Assembly (NCBI GenBank): GCA_963713045.1
Contig: CAVQKE010000001.1
Location: 480,001 to 544,000 of the forward strand
Direction: 5' to 3'
Length of the DNA: 64,000 nt
DNA from: an uncultured delta proteobacterium
GTDB lineage: Bacteria; Myxococcota; Myxococcia; Myxococcales; Myxococcaceae
Under the pieces are notes generated by a model. That model was not told where the DNA came from and did no database searches. It saw nothing but the letters and a program-made list of their open reading frames with translations. The position numbers and the translations under genes were made by a program. Shown here piece by piece: positions 1 to 8,456 of the stretch (positions are counted from its first letter, which is position 1; every line of letters begins with the position of its first letter).

Positions 1-535
1 GGACGTCGGGCCAGGGCTGCACCACCGGCCACCAGAAGAGGAGTCCCGCCAACAGAAAGCTGAGGTGCTGGGCCGCGTGCCAGCCCGGCGAGGCCAGCGT
101 CCGGGCGAGGACAGCTGGCAGGTGGAAGGCCAACACCACCGAGGTGCCAGCCAACCAGCACACCAGCGGGTGGCTGAGGAAGCGCAGTGTTGGCCGAAGG
201 CTGCCTTGGCCCAACCCCAACACCCAGCCGGGGGCCAGCGCGTCCAGCGTCCACAGCGGCGCGGACAACAGCAACAGGGGCGCCGCGACATTCATCACCC
301 ACAGGTGCTGCGCCATGTGCGCGCTGAGACGTTGATGGTCCAGCTGCGCCAGCGGCGAGCCCACCGCCGCCCACAGCGCGAGAAGGCCCCCCAGAAAGCC
401 CACCAGGTGCCAGGGCGAGGCGGTGGCTGAGGACAAGCGCTGGAGGCGAAAAAAGCCGGCGAGGTACGCCAGGGCCAGGCCCAAAAGGGCCACCGTCCAG
501 GGGACGGACACCACGGCGTGGCCAGTGGCGCTCAC
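1..535 (-). CDS. ctaG: Cytochrome c oxidase assembly factor CtaG (caa3-type); 3' end runs off the window
   Basis: Not in the ORF track; translated by hand from GTG at 535 (GTGA overlap with the upstream stop). Contains HMAQHLWVMNVAAPLLLL, FLSHPLVCW, FHLP and WHAAQHLSFLLAGLLFWWPV, typical of Caa3_CtaG. Confidence 0.85.
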   Translation of the reverse strand, partial: MSATGHAVVSVPWTVALLGLALAYLAGFFRLQRLSSATASPWHLVGFLGGLLALWAAVGSPLAQLDHQRLSAHMAQHLWVMNVAAPLLLLSAPLWTLDALAPGWVLGLGQGSLRPTLRFLSHPLVCWLAGTSVVLAFHLPAVLARTLASPGWHAAQHLSFLLAGLLFWWPVVQPWPDV

Positions 536-2001
536 CGCGCGGGGCCGACGCCCAGCACCGCATCCCGGGCGGCGTCCCGGGCCGGTGGCTGGCCGGGCGG
601 GTGCAGCGTCCCGAGAAAGGCCACCACTGCCGTGGTCTCGGCCGGGCTGAGGTTTTTCCCGTAGGCCGGCATGTTGCCGCCGCCTTGGATGACTTGGCGG
701 ATGAGCTGGTCCTCGGTGAGGCGCAGCGCCACGTCGTCCAGGGCCGGCCCGCGGTGCCCTCCCTGCCCGTCCAGGGCGTGGCAGTTGTGGCACTGCTTGG
801 CTTGAAAGACGAGTGCCCCCTGACGCTCCACCGCCGTGCGGTGGGCCAGGTACTGCGTCGGAATGGGCTCCGCACTCCAGGCGTCCATCACCGGGCTCCA
901 CGGCACGTGCTCGCCCAGGTGGGTGAGGGCGGAGAGGGCCACGGCCGCCAGAAGCACCAGCAGCACGGCCACCGGCCGCCGCCGCCAACTCCTCTCCCCT
1001 TCGCCGGAAAGGAAGGGCAACAGGAAGAGTCCCAGCACCACCACCGCCGGGCCGATGAGGAGAATGGGCGTCTCGGCTGCCGGCGGCAGAAAGGACAACA
1101 GCGCATACAGCCAGAGGAAGAAGTAGTCCGGCCGCGGGGACGTCTGGATGATGGTGGGGTCCGGCTCCCCGCCCGGGCCGAAGGGGCCGAAAAACGCCGC
1201 GCAGGCGGCAACGGCCAACAGCACCACGGCGGCGAAGACCAGGTCCTTCCACACCGCGGCCGGGACGAAGGGCACGCCGTCGGCCTTGGTCAACGCCTCG
1301 TACTCGGCCAGGTAGCGGGAGCGCCGCACCAGCCGTCCGGGCATCGGCCACTCGCTGATGCCCAGCTTCAGCACCAACCAGAGGTGCAGGCCCACCAGGC
1401 CAATGAGGAGGCCCGGAACGACGAAGACGTGCAAGGCGAAGAAGCGCGACAGCGTCGCGCCGGCAATGATGGGCCCACCCAACAGCACACTCACCAGCGT
1501 CGGGCCGAGGACCGGGACGCGGCTGGTGACGGAGGCGCCGATGCCGAGGCCCCAGTAAGCGTCCTGGTCAAAGCGCAGCACCTGCCCGGTGAAGGCCATG
1601 CCCAGCGTCAGCAGCAAGAGGCACACCCCCGCCAGCCAGGTCAGCTCGCGCGGAAACTTATAGGCCCCGAAGAGAAACACCTGCACCATGTGGACCAGGA
1701 CAATGGCCACCATGAAGTTGCTGCCCCAGCCGTGCAGGGCGCGCACGTACCAGCCCGCCGACACCTCGTGGTTGAGAAGCTGCAGCACCCCCCAGGCCTC
1801 CCCGGCCGAGGGCACGTACAAAAGCGCGAGGAGGATGCCGGTGACGACTTGGTTGACGAAGACGGCCAGCGCTGCGCTGCCGAAGACGTAGGCCCAACTG
1901 GCGCTGCTGCGCGGGACCGGGTGCTGCAGCGTGTGCTTCAGCGCGCTCGCCACCTGGAGGCGCGCCTCCAGCCACATGCCGAGACGGCGAATTAGACGCA
2001 C
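532..2001 (-). CDS. qcrB: Cytochrome b subunit of a Rieske/cytochrome b complex, fused to a C-terminal monoheme cytochrome c
   Basis: Heme-ligand His in RALHGWGS..VLVHM and RFFALHV..GLHL; FTGQVL..DQDAYW; Qo-site motif PDYF; C-terminal CHNCH..GP.L..GGGNMP. Confidence 0.93.
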   Translation of the reverse strand: MRLIRRLGMWLEARLQVASALKHTLQHPVPRSSASWAYVFGSAALAVFVNQVVTGILLALLYVPSAGEAWGVLQLLNHEVSAGWYVRALHGWGSNFMVAIVLVHMVQVFLFGAYKFPRELTWLAGVCLLLLTLGMAFTGQVLRFDQDAYWGLGIGASVTSRVPVLGPTLVSVLLGGPIIAGATLSRFFALHVFVVPGLLIGLVGLHLWLVLKLGISEWPMPGRLVRRSRYLAEYEALTKADGVPFVPAAVWKDLVFAAVVLLAVAACAAFFGPFGPGGEPDPTIIQTSPRPDYFFLWLYALLSFLPPAAETPILLIGPAVVVLGLFLLPFLSGEGERSWRRRPVAVLLVLLAAVALSALTHLGEHVPWSPVMDAWSAEPIPTQYLAHRTAVERQGALVFQAKQCHNCHALDGQGGHRGPALDDVALRLTEDQLIRQVIQGGGNMPAYGKNLSPAETTAVVAFLGTLHPPGQPPARDAARDAVLGVGPAR

Positions 2002-2540
2002 CGGCCGCTCCCAGCGGCGCTGCCGGCGCGCGCCAGGTCTCCCGGCGTGGGAAGCCCGTGCGCTTCGATGAAGAGCTCCCCGGCCTGCAGCTTCCAGCGG
2101 TATTCAAACAGGCCCCGCTCCGGGGGGCCGGAGGCCCGCGAGCCGTCGGCGTAATACACCCCACCGTGGCAGGGGCACATGAAGAGGCCGGACTGGGGGA
2201 ACCAGCGCACCGGGCAGCCCAGGTGCGCGCAGTTGATGGCGAAGACTTGGAAGCGGTCCGCTCCCAGCCGTCGCACCCAGCAGGGCAGCTCCGCCGTGTC
2301 GCCATCTGCTGGCCGGGCCACCGGGTTGCGGTAGGTCGCCAAGCGCGTCTGGCCTTCTGGAAAGCGGCCCAGCCCGCCCAACGACACCCACGCTTCGTCC
2401 TTCCCCAGCCGCTCGTGCGTGGCGGGGGACAACAGAAACCGCACCACCGGCACTGCCAGCGCCAGCGACACCGCGCCGTTGAGGAAGAGCCCCAGCTTGA
2501 CGAAGGCCCCCCGGCGCGAAAGGCGTTCCGGCTCATTCAT
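1992..2540 (-). CDS. qcrA: Rieske 2Fe-2S subunit (Tat-exported)
   Basis: SRRGAF twin-arginine motif plus TM helix; boxes CAHLGC and CPCHGGVY; GPPERGL. Confidence 0.95.
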   Translation of the reverse strand: MNEPERLSRRGAFVKLGLFLNGAVSLALAVPVVRFLLSPATHERLGKDEAWVSLGGLGRFPEGQTRLATYRNPVARPADGDTAELPCWVRRLGADRFQVFAINCAHLGCPVRWFPQSGLFMCPCHGGVYYADGSRASGPPERGLFEYRWKLQAGELFIEAHGLPTPGDLARAGSAAGSGRCV

Positions 2541-3259
2541 GGCAGTGCTCCGGCGCTGACGCGCCCCAGGGGATAGGGTTGTCCGGGAAATTCCACCCGG
2601 TGCGAGGTGAGCCAGGCCACCACGTTCGAGACGTCCTCGTCCGTCATCGGCCTTCCTGGGACGTCCATCCGCCAGTCCGGAGCGCCCAGCGCGGGCCGTC
2701 CCACCAGCACGCTGGTGCGCAGGTGCTGCTCACTGACCAGCGCGAGGTAGGTCGCGTCGACGATGGAAGTGGCGCTTCCACCGCGGCCGTCTTCCCCGTG
2801 GCACCGCGCGCAAAACACGGCGTAGGCACGCCCGCCGGCGGTCGCATCGCCCGCGCCAGGCGCCGCATAGGGGGGGTGGGAGGCCCCGCCCAGCACGTCC
2901 GGCTTTGCCCAGCGGGCGCGAATGCCGCCCACCAGGGCGTCGACTTGGGCCTCGCTGAGGGTCCCGCCCGCGCTTTGGGCGAAGGCCGGCATGGCTGTCC
3001 CGGGCGTCCCGTTGGCGGTCACGCCCCGCAAGACAGCGTCGTCGGCGAAGGCCAGATACACCGGGTCCGCCAGCTCCACCGAGGCGCCGTTGCGGCCAGC
3101 TGGGCCGTGGCAGCCGGCGCAGTTCTCGGCATACAGCAGGTTGAAATCCAGCACGTGGCTGGGCCGCACCGGCACCACCTCGGCCGCCGCCCGCCCGGGG
3201 AAACTCTCTCGGTTGCAGGCCGAGAGCAGCAGCAGCACGGCGAGGCCCCACTGCCTCAT
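2537..3259 (-). CDS. Diheme c-type cytochrome lipoprotein
   Basis: Start reassigned to ATG 3259 (ATGA overlap with the upstream stop); lipobox-like LLLLSAC; two CxxCH motifs (CAGCH, CARCH). Confidence 0.88.
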   Translation of the reverse strand: MRQWGLAVLLLLSACNRESFPGRAAAEVVPVRPSHVLDFNLLYAENCAGCHGPAGRNGASVELADPVYLAFADDAVLRGVTANGTPGTAMPAFAQSAGGTLSEAQVDALVGGIRARWAKPDVLGGASHPPYAAPGAGDATAGGRAYAVFCARCHGEDGRGGSATSIVDATYLALVSEQHLRTSVLVGRPALGAPDWRMDVPGRPMTDEDVSNVVAWLTSHRVEFPGQPYPLGRVSAGALP

Positions 3260-4107
3260 GGCCTTTTGCCTTTGGGGTGGGGGCCTTCTCGCATCATCCC
3301 CGGCGTCTCCAGGCCGGCCCGAACGGCCAGGGACATGCCCTGCACCACCGGGATGCGCTGCTGCCGGGACACCACCACCCCGGCCACCAGGCCAAAGCCC
3401 ACCTGGCTGAGGACAAACCAACCCCACTGCACCCGGGCGTCCAACACCGGGTTGATGATGCCGAGAATGCCGTGCAGCAGGCCGGACCAGACCAGCGGGG
3501 CCAGGACACCGCCGAGGAGGATGGGCCGCGTCGGCAGCATCGGCAGCATGGCACCGTACAGAAGCCCCACCACCACCGACGTGGTGAGGTGAATGGCCAC
3601 CGCCAGGGCGAAGGCCACCGGCTGAAACGCCTCCAGCTGCGCGGTGCTCTCCGTCATGGAGGTCGGCAAGAAGCCGGCGGCCAGCAAGTTGATGGGGTAG
3701 AAAACCCCGTGGCCGCTCAACACGCCGTACAGGACGGCGAGCGCCGCCATGGCCACGCTTCCAGCCAGGCCGCCCTTGAGGCCTGCCGAGACTGGGTACG
3801 TCGCCAAAGGCAGCACCGCGCGCGGCAAATCCGGGGCGAGCTGCAGCCGAGTGACGACCGGGCGGGACGTCGTCGGGGCCGGGACGGGCGGCTCCACCTC
3901 CACCGTCTCGTGGGCCTCCCGCGGAAGCACGTTGGCAAACCAGCCCACCGCACCGGCCAGTGCCACCGCAGCCCCCACCACGCTGACTGAGGCGGCGGTG
4001 GCAAGGCCGGCGGCCACCAGCGTCCACCCGAAGGCGAACACCATCGGCCAGGCGGTTGGCGCCGGCAGTTGGATGGTGCGGGGCGCCTCTGACTTTTCGG
4101 CTGGCAT
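3256..4107 (-). CDS. Multi-pass membrane protein; N-terminus resembles oxidase subunit IV (CtaF-like)
   Basis: LPAPTAWPMVFAFG followed by two TM helices, then about four more; sits between ctaE and the cytochrome c gene. Confidence 0.7.
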   Translation of the reverse strand: MPAEKSEAPRTIQLPAPTAWPMVFAFGWTLVAAGLATAASVSVVGAAVALAGAVGWFANVLPREAHETVEVEPPVPAPTTSRPVVTRLQLAPDLPRAVLPLATYPVSAGLKGGLAGSVAMAALAVLYGVLSGHGVFYPINLLAAGFLPTSMTESTAQLEAFQPVAFALAVAIHLTTSVVVGLLYGAMLPMLPTRPILLGGVLAPLVWSGLLHGILGIINPVLDARVQWGWFVLSQVGFGLVAGVVVSRQQRIPVVQGMSLAVRAGLETPGMMREGPHPKGKRP

Positions 4108-4132
4108 CGCTTTCCCTTGGCCCCTCTCCCCT

Positions 4133-4717
4133 TCAGCGTCCGATGACGTAGACCACGGTGAAGACCACCACCCACACCAGGTCCACGAAGTGCCAGTACA
4201 GCGACAGCGCGTCCACCGGCTCGGCGTGCTCCTGCTTCACTTTGCGCCACAGGGCAAAGACGCCCACCGTCCCTAAGAGGAGGAGCCCCACCGTGACGTG
4301 CAGGGCGTGCAGCCCCACCAGCGAGTAGTAGGTGGTGCCGAAGAGGTTGGTGGAAATGCGCAGCCCCTCTTCGCCGATGAGGTGGGCCCACTCGCGCGCG
4401 GTGCCGGCGAGAAAAATGGCCCCCAACCCGAAGGTGGTGAGCCACCAGAGGGTGAAGGCGGTGAGCGCCCCTCGGCGCAGCGCGCTGACCGCGAAATGGA
4501 TGCTGAGGCTACTGGACAACAGGCACACCGAGATGAAGACCGGCAACTGCAGGACGCGCGGCGTCGGGCCGCTCAGGCTTTTTCCAGCGTAGAAGAGGTA
4601 GGCGACGATGAAGATGGCGAAAATGGCCAGGTCCGAGGTGATGAGGCAGGCCATCCCCACCTTTCCCTTTGGGGGGAGCTTCCACTCGGGTGCGCTGTCG
4701 AGCGTTGCCGTCGTCAT
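4133..4717 (-). CDS. ctaE: Cytochrome c oxidase subunit III (short form)
   Basis: FGTTYYSLVGLHALHV and LYWHFVDLVW; start set at ATG 4717. Confidence 0.92.
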   Translation of the reverse strand: MTTATLDSAPEWKLPPKGKVGMACLITSDLAIFAIFIVAYLFYAGKSLSGPTPRVLQLPVFISVCLLSSSLSIHFAVSALRRGALTAFTLWWLTTFGLGAIFLAGTAREWAHLIGEEGLRISTNLFGTTYYSLVGLHALHVTVGLLLLGTVGVFALWRKVKQEHAEPVDALSLYWHFVDLVWVVVFTVVYVIGR

Positions 4718-4725
4718 GGCCGCAG

Positions 4726-6399
4726 TCACTCGTATTTCCAGTCCGGGTCTTCGGGGTGCTTGAGGTCCCACAGCGGACGGCGGCTGCGTACCAGCGGGAG
4801 GAGGGCGAAGTTGTAGGCCGGCGGGGGCGAAGAGGTGCTCCATTCAAGCGTCCAGGCGTCCCACGGGTCGCTGCCGGCGCGCTCTCCACGCGAGCGCGAG
4901 AGGAGGAGGTTGTAGAGGAAGACCAGGACGCCGGCGGTTTGAATGAAGACCCCCACCGTCACCAGGAAGTTCCACCCGTCCCAGCCCCGGCCAGGCTCAT
5001 AGGTGTAAATCCGCCGCGGCATGCCCAACAGCGCCGGGACGTGCATGCAGTCGAAGGTCAGGTGAAAGCCGATGACGAAGAGCCAAAAGTGCAGCTTTCC
5101 CAAGCGCTCGCTGTACATGCGCCCGGTCATCTTCGGGAACCAGTAGTAGAAGGCGGCGAAGAGGGTGAAGAAGATGCCGCCCACGATGACATAGTGAAAG
5201 TGGGCCACCACGAAGTAGGAGCTGCCCAGCTGCCAGTCGATGGGCGCCGAGCCCAGCATCACCCCGGTGAGTCCGGCAATCAGGAATTGGAAGAGAAATG
5301 CGGTGCAGAACAGCATCGGCGTCCGGAAGGAGATTCGTCCCCCCCACATGGTGGCCAGCCAGTTGAAAATTTTGATGCCGGTCGGCACGGCGATGGCCAT
5401 CGTGGACAGGACGAAGAAGGTGTTGGCCGTGGAGCTCATCCCCACCGTGAACATGTGGTGCGCCCAGACGCTCATGCTGATGAAGCCGATGGCCAGCGTG
5501 GCCGCCACCATCACCGGGTAGCCGAACATCGCCTTGCGGGAGAACACCGGAATGATTTCCGAGGCGAAGCCAAAGGCTGGCAGCACCAGCACGTAAACTT
5601 CCGGGTGTCCGAAAACCCAGAAGAAGTGCATCCACAGGACGGCCGACCCGCCGGCTTGGGTGTCGAAGAAGTGACCGCCGAGGTACCGGTCGACGAGCAA
5701 CATCAGTTGCGCCGCGGTGAGCGGTGAGACGGCCAGGATGACGAGGGCCGCCATCACCAGGCTGAGCCACACAAACAGCGGCAGCTTCGAGAGCGTCATG
5801 CCCGGACAGCGCAGGCAGAGGGTGGTGGCGATGAGGTTGACCGCGGTGCCGATGCTTCCGGCCCCGGAGACGAGGAGCGACAGCGCCCAGAAGTCCGTGC
5901 TGTGCCCCAGCGAGAACGTCGGGGACGTCAACGGCGCGTAGGCGAACCAGCCGACATCGGGCGCACTGCCAGCCCCATACAGCCCATAGCCGCCGAGGAT
6001 GCTGAAGTAGAGGAGCAGGCCGCCGAAGGCCGTCAGCCAGAAGCTGAAGGCGTTCAGCCGCGGGAAGGCCATGTCCCGCGCCCCCACCATCAGCGGAACC
6101 AGGTAATTGGCGAACCCAAACATGATGGGCATGGCGACGAAGAAAATCATCGTCGTCCCGTGCAGAGTGAAGAGCTGGTTGAAGGTCTCTGGGGACAGAA
6201 AGCCGTTGTGCGCATGGGTCAGCTGCAGGCGCATCAGTCCGGCTTCCACGCCGCCCACCACCAGGAACAACAGCGCGTAGAGGATGTAGAGGATACCCAG
6301 CCGCTTGTGGTCGACCGTGGTCACCCACCCGTGCAGCCGCTCGGTCAGCGAACGGCTGTCCGTCTCGGGGGTGGGCCAAGCCAGCGACTCGGTCGACAT
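4726..6399 (-). CDS. ctaD: Cytochrome c oxidase subunit I (A1-type)
   Basis: TTVDHKRLG, HGTTMIF, FGHPEVY, VWAHHM, VAHFHY, GMPRR. Confidence 0.98.
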   Translation of the reverse strand: MSTESLAWPTPETDSRSLTERLHGWVTTVDHKRLGILYILYALLFLVVGGVEAGLMRLQLTHAHNGFLSPETFNQLFTLHGTTMIFFVAMPIMFGFANYLVPLMVGARDMAFPRLNAFSFWLTAFGGLLLYFSILGGYGLYGAGSAPDVGWFAYAPLTSPTFSLGHSTDFWALSLLVSGAGSIGTAVNLIATTLCLRCPGMTLSKLPLFVWLSLVMAALVILAVSPLTAAQLMLLVDRYLGGHFFDTQAGGSAVLWMHFFWVFGHPEVYVLVLPAFGFASEIIPVFSRKAMFGYPVMVAATLAIGFISMSVWAHHMFTVGMSSTANTFFVLSTMAIAVPTGIKIFNWLATMWGGRISFRTPMLFCTAFLFQFLIAGLTGVMLGSAPIDWQLGSSYFVVAHFHYVIVGGIFFTLFAAFYYWFPKMTGRMYSERLGKLHFWLFVIGFHLTFDCMHVPALLGMPRRIYTYEPGRGWDGWNFLVTVGVFIQTAGVLVFLYNLLLSRSRGERAGSDPWDAWTLEWSTSSPPPAYNFALLPLVRSRRPLWDLKHPEDPDWKYE

Positions 6400-6408
6400 G
6401 CTGCTCCT

Positions 6409-7479
6409 TCAGCGTAAGGACAAGAGGTAGGCCGTCACGTCATCCACCGCCTGGTGGTCCATCCCCATGGCCGGCATCTTCGAGCCGGGCTTGATGGAGT
6501 CCGGGTTTTCAATCCATTGCCGCAGCACCGCCGGGGTGTTGGGGACTGCGCCGGAGGCCAGCGTGTCCCGCGACATCAGATGCGTGAGGTCGGGGCCGAA
6601 GCGCCCGGTGGCCACGGTGCCCGAAACGGCGTGGCAGTTGATGCAGGCTGTGCTTTCGAAGAGGCGACGGCCTCGGGCGACCCCCGCGGAGATGCGGGCC
6701 GGCTCGCGTTGCTCGGCCACCCAGCGTGCAAAGTCCTCGCGGCTGTCCACGTAGACGCGAAGCAACATTTTGGCGTGGTTGACGCCGCAGTACTGGGCGC
6801 ACTGCCCGAGGTAGAGGCCCGTTTTTTGCGGGTCCACCCACAGCTTGTTGGGGAAGTTGGGAATGAGGTCCGTCTTTCCCGCCAAATGCGGCACCCAGAA
6901 ACTGTGGTCGGTATCGGCCGACAACAGCGTGAGGACGCTGGGCGTCGGAGTGGCTCCCTCGCTGACCGGGAGGTGCAATTCGTTGGCGGTGACGATGCCC
7001 AGGCTGGGGTAGCGGTACTCCCACCAGAATTGGTGGGCGATGACGGTCACTGGCAGCGCATTGGCCGGCTGCGCCTTGTCCTGGACGGAGATGATGACCC
7101 GGGCCGAGGTGAGAAACAGCACCAGCACCACCAGCACCGGGACGATGGTCCAAGCCAATTCAATCTGCGTACTTCCGTACACCTGCGCCGGCTCGCGCCC
7201 GTCGTCGGTGGCCCGTTGGCGGTAGCGCACCACGGCGTAAACCAACAGCGCCAACACCACCACGAAGACGGCCCCGCACGCCGACCACACGAAGAGGGAC
7301 AACTCGAAGACGCTTCGGGCCGGCGTCGAGGCGGGAGTGAAGATGTCCGTCGGGCCGAGGAGCGGAAGCCCGGAAGCCACCGCCGCCGTCAGCACTACCG
7401 GACTCCCTCGGGCGGCGGAGTTGGGCCGGCGCGCCCCGGTGCCTTGGCACCGGACGCTGGTGGAAAGGGCCTGGCGCAC
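6409..7479 (-). CDS. ctaC: Cytochrome c oxidase subunit II with fused cytochrome c (caa3-type); start uncertain
   Basis: IELAWTIVP, HQFWWEYRY, HSFWVP; CuA motif CAQYCGVNHAKM; C-terminal CINCH..GPDLTH..PGSKMP. Confidence 0.95.
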   Translation of the reverse strand: MRQALSTSVRCQGTGARRPNSAARGSPVVLTAAVASGLPLLGPTDIFTPASTPARSVFELSLFVWSACGAVFVVVLALLVYAVVRYRQRATDDGREPAQVYGSTQIELAWTIVPVLVVLVLFLTSARVIISVQDKAQPANALPVTVIAHQFWWEYRYPSLGIVTANELHLPVSEGATPTPSVLTLLSADTDHSFWVPHLAGKTDLIPNFPNKLWVDPQKTGLYLGQCAQYCGVNHAKMLLRVYVDSREDFARWVAEQREPARISAGVARGRRLFESTACINCHAVSGTVATGRFGPDLTHLMSRDTLASGAVPNTPAVLRQWIENPDSIKPGSKMPAMGMDHQAVDDVTAYLLSLR

Positions 7480-7755
7480 AGCAGCACCATAGTTTGGCCG
7501 ACACCCCTCTCTTCCAGCGTCCTTCTTGTGACAAAGCGGAGGTGGAAGGCAAGGCGAATTCGCCCCGAGGGAGGCGCGAGTCCGTCCCGTTGCATCGGAG
7601 CGGGCGGGCTACCCAGGCCGTCGCTTGCCAGGCCTCGACTCGACGTTGTCTAGAGCCGACAGACGCCGCCATTCCCACTGTCCCTCACGAAGGGCCCCGC
7701 CTTCAGGCCGACGGAAGAAGGCCGGGGCGGCTTGAGGGCTCAAGCCAACGGGTCG

Positions 7756-8334
7756 TCATCGGCGGACGGGGCCTCCGGGCCTCGAAGGCCGGTCCCTCCA
7801 CACCTCAACCGTGGGCTGGAGGATGATGGGCGCCCGCAGCGCACGGGCGACGAGGCAGCCGGCGGCGACCTCCGTAAAAAGCGAGCGCGCGCTCTGCACC
7901 TCGAAGGGCCGGTGGACGCCCACCCGAGGCTGCACCCAGACGTCCAGCAACTCCGGTCCGTGCTGGCCGTCGCTCCAACGGGCCTGGGCGCTGCTTTCAT
8001 AGAAGGCCAGCTCCAAGCCCGCCCGCTCGGCGCGGTGCAGGAAGTCCGCCCGCACCCCGGCCTCCACCGCGCCCAGCAGCAGGGCGTCCACCGGCCAGCT
8101 GGCGACAGCGCCCAGCCCGGCGTCGGCCACCCGCAGGGCCGGTCCGCTGCAGGTACTCAGCACCGCCGCTCCGGCTTCGGTGCGAAGCCACGTCCGTTGC
8201 ACGTGCACGCTGGCATGCGGGTGACTCTCCGCGTGGAGGTGGCCCTCGGACGCAGCTGCTGGAGGAAGTGGTTCCATGCCGCCGTCGCACTCTCCCGCGT
8301 TTTGCGTCCACGCCGTGTACGCAAAAACGCGCAT
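7756..8334 (-). CDS. Divergent OsmC/Ohr-like protein (start may be the internal MEPLPP)
   Basis: SWPVDALLLGAVEAG...FYESSAQA...CLVARALRAPIILQPTV follows the OsmC pattern; only the C-terminal conserved Cys is present. Confidence 0.6.
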   Translation of the reverse strand: MRVFAYTAWTQNAGECDGGMEPLPPAAASEGHLHAESHPHASVHVQRTWLRTEAGAAVLSTCSGPALRVADAGLGAVASWPVDALLLGAVEAGVRADFLHRAERAGLELAFYESSAQARWSDGQHGPELLDVWVQPRVGVHRPFEVQSARSLFTEVAAGCLVARALRAPIILQPTVEVWRDRPSRPGGPVRR

Positions 8335-8456
8335 CGCCAGGCTCTAGAGCGCCGCACTGGAGTCCGACGGATAAGGTTTACGCACCGAGGGGTGTCCATG
8401 GCAACCCCATCTGCGGCGCCCTCCGGTGTACCGCCTCGGTGGCGGAGGGCTAGGCT

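Noticed and set aside
3260..4027. N-terminal 256 aa of the 496-aa cytochrome c ORF
   Set aside because: Arg/Gly-rich out-of-frame read of the 3256-4107 gene; the real start is ATG 3259 with a lipobox.
6770..6805. CuA motif CAQYC (Gln for Glu) as a sign of inactivation
   Set aside because: Gln occurs at this position in functional oxidases (e.g. Thermus ba3), and all Cys/His/Met ligands are present.
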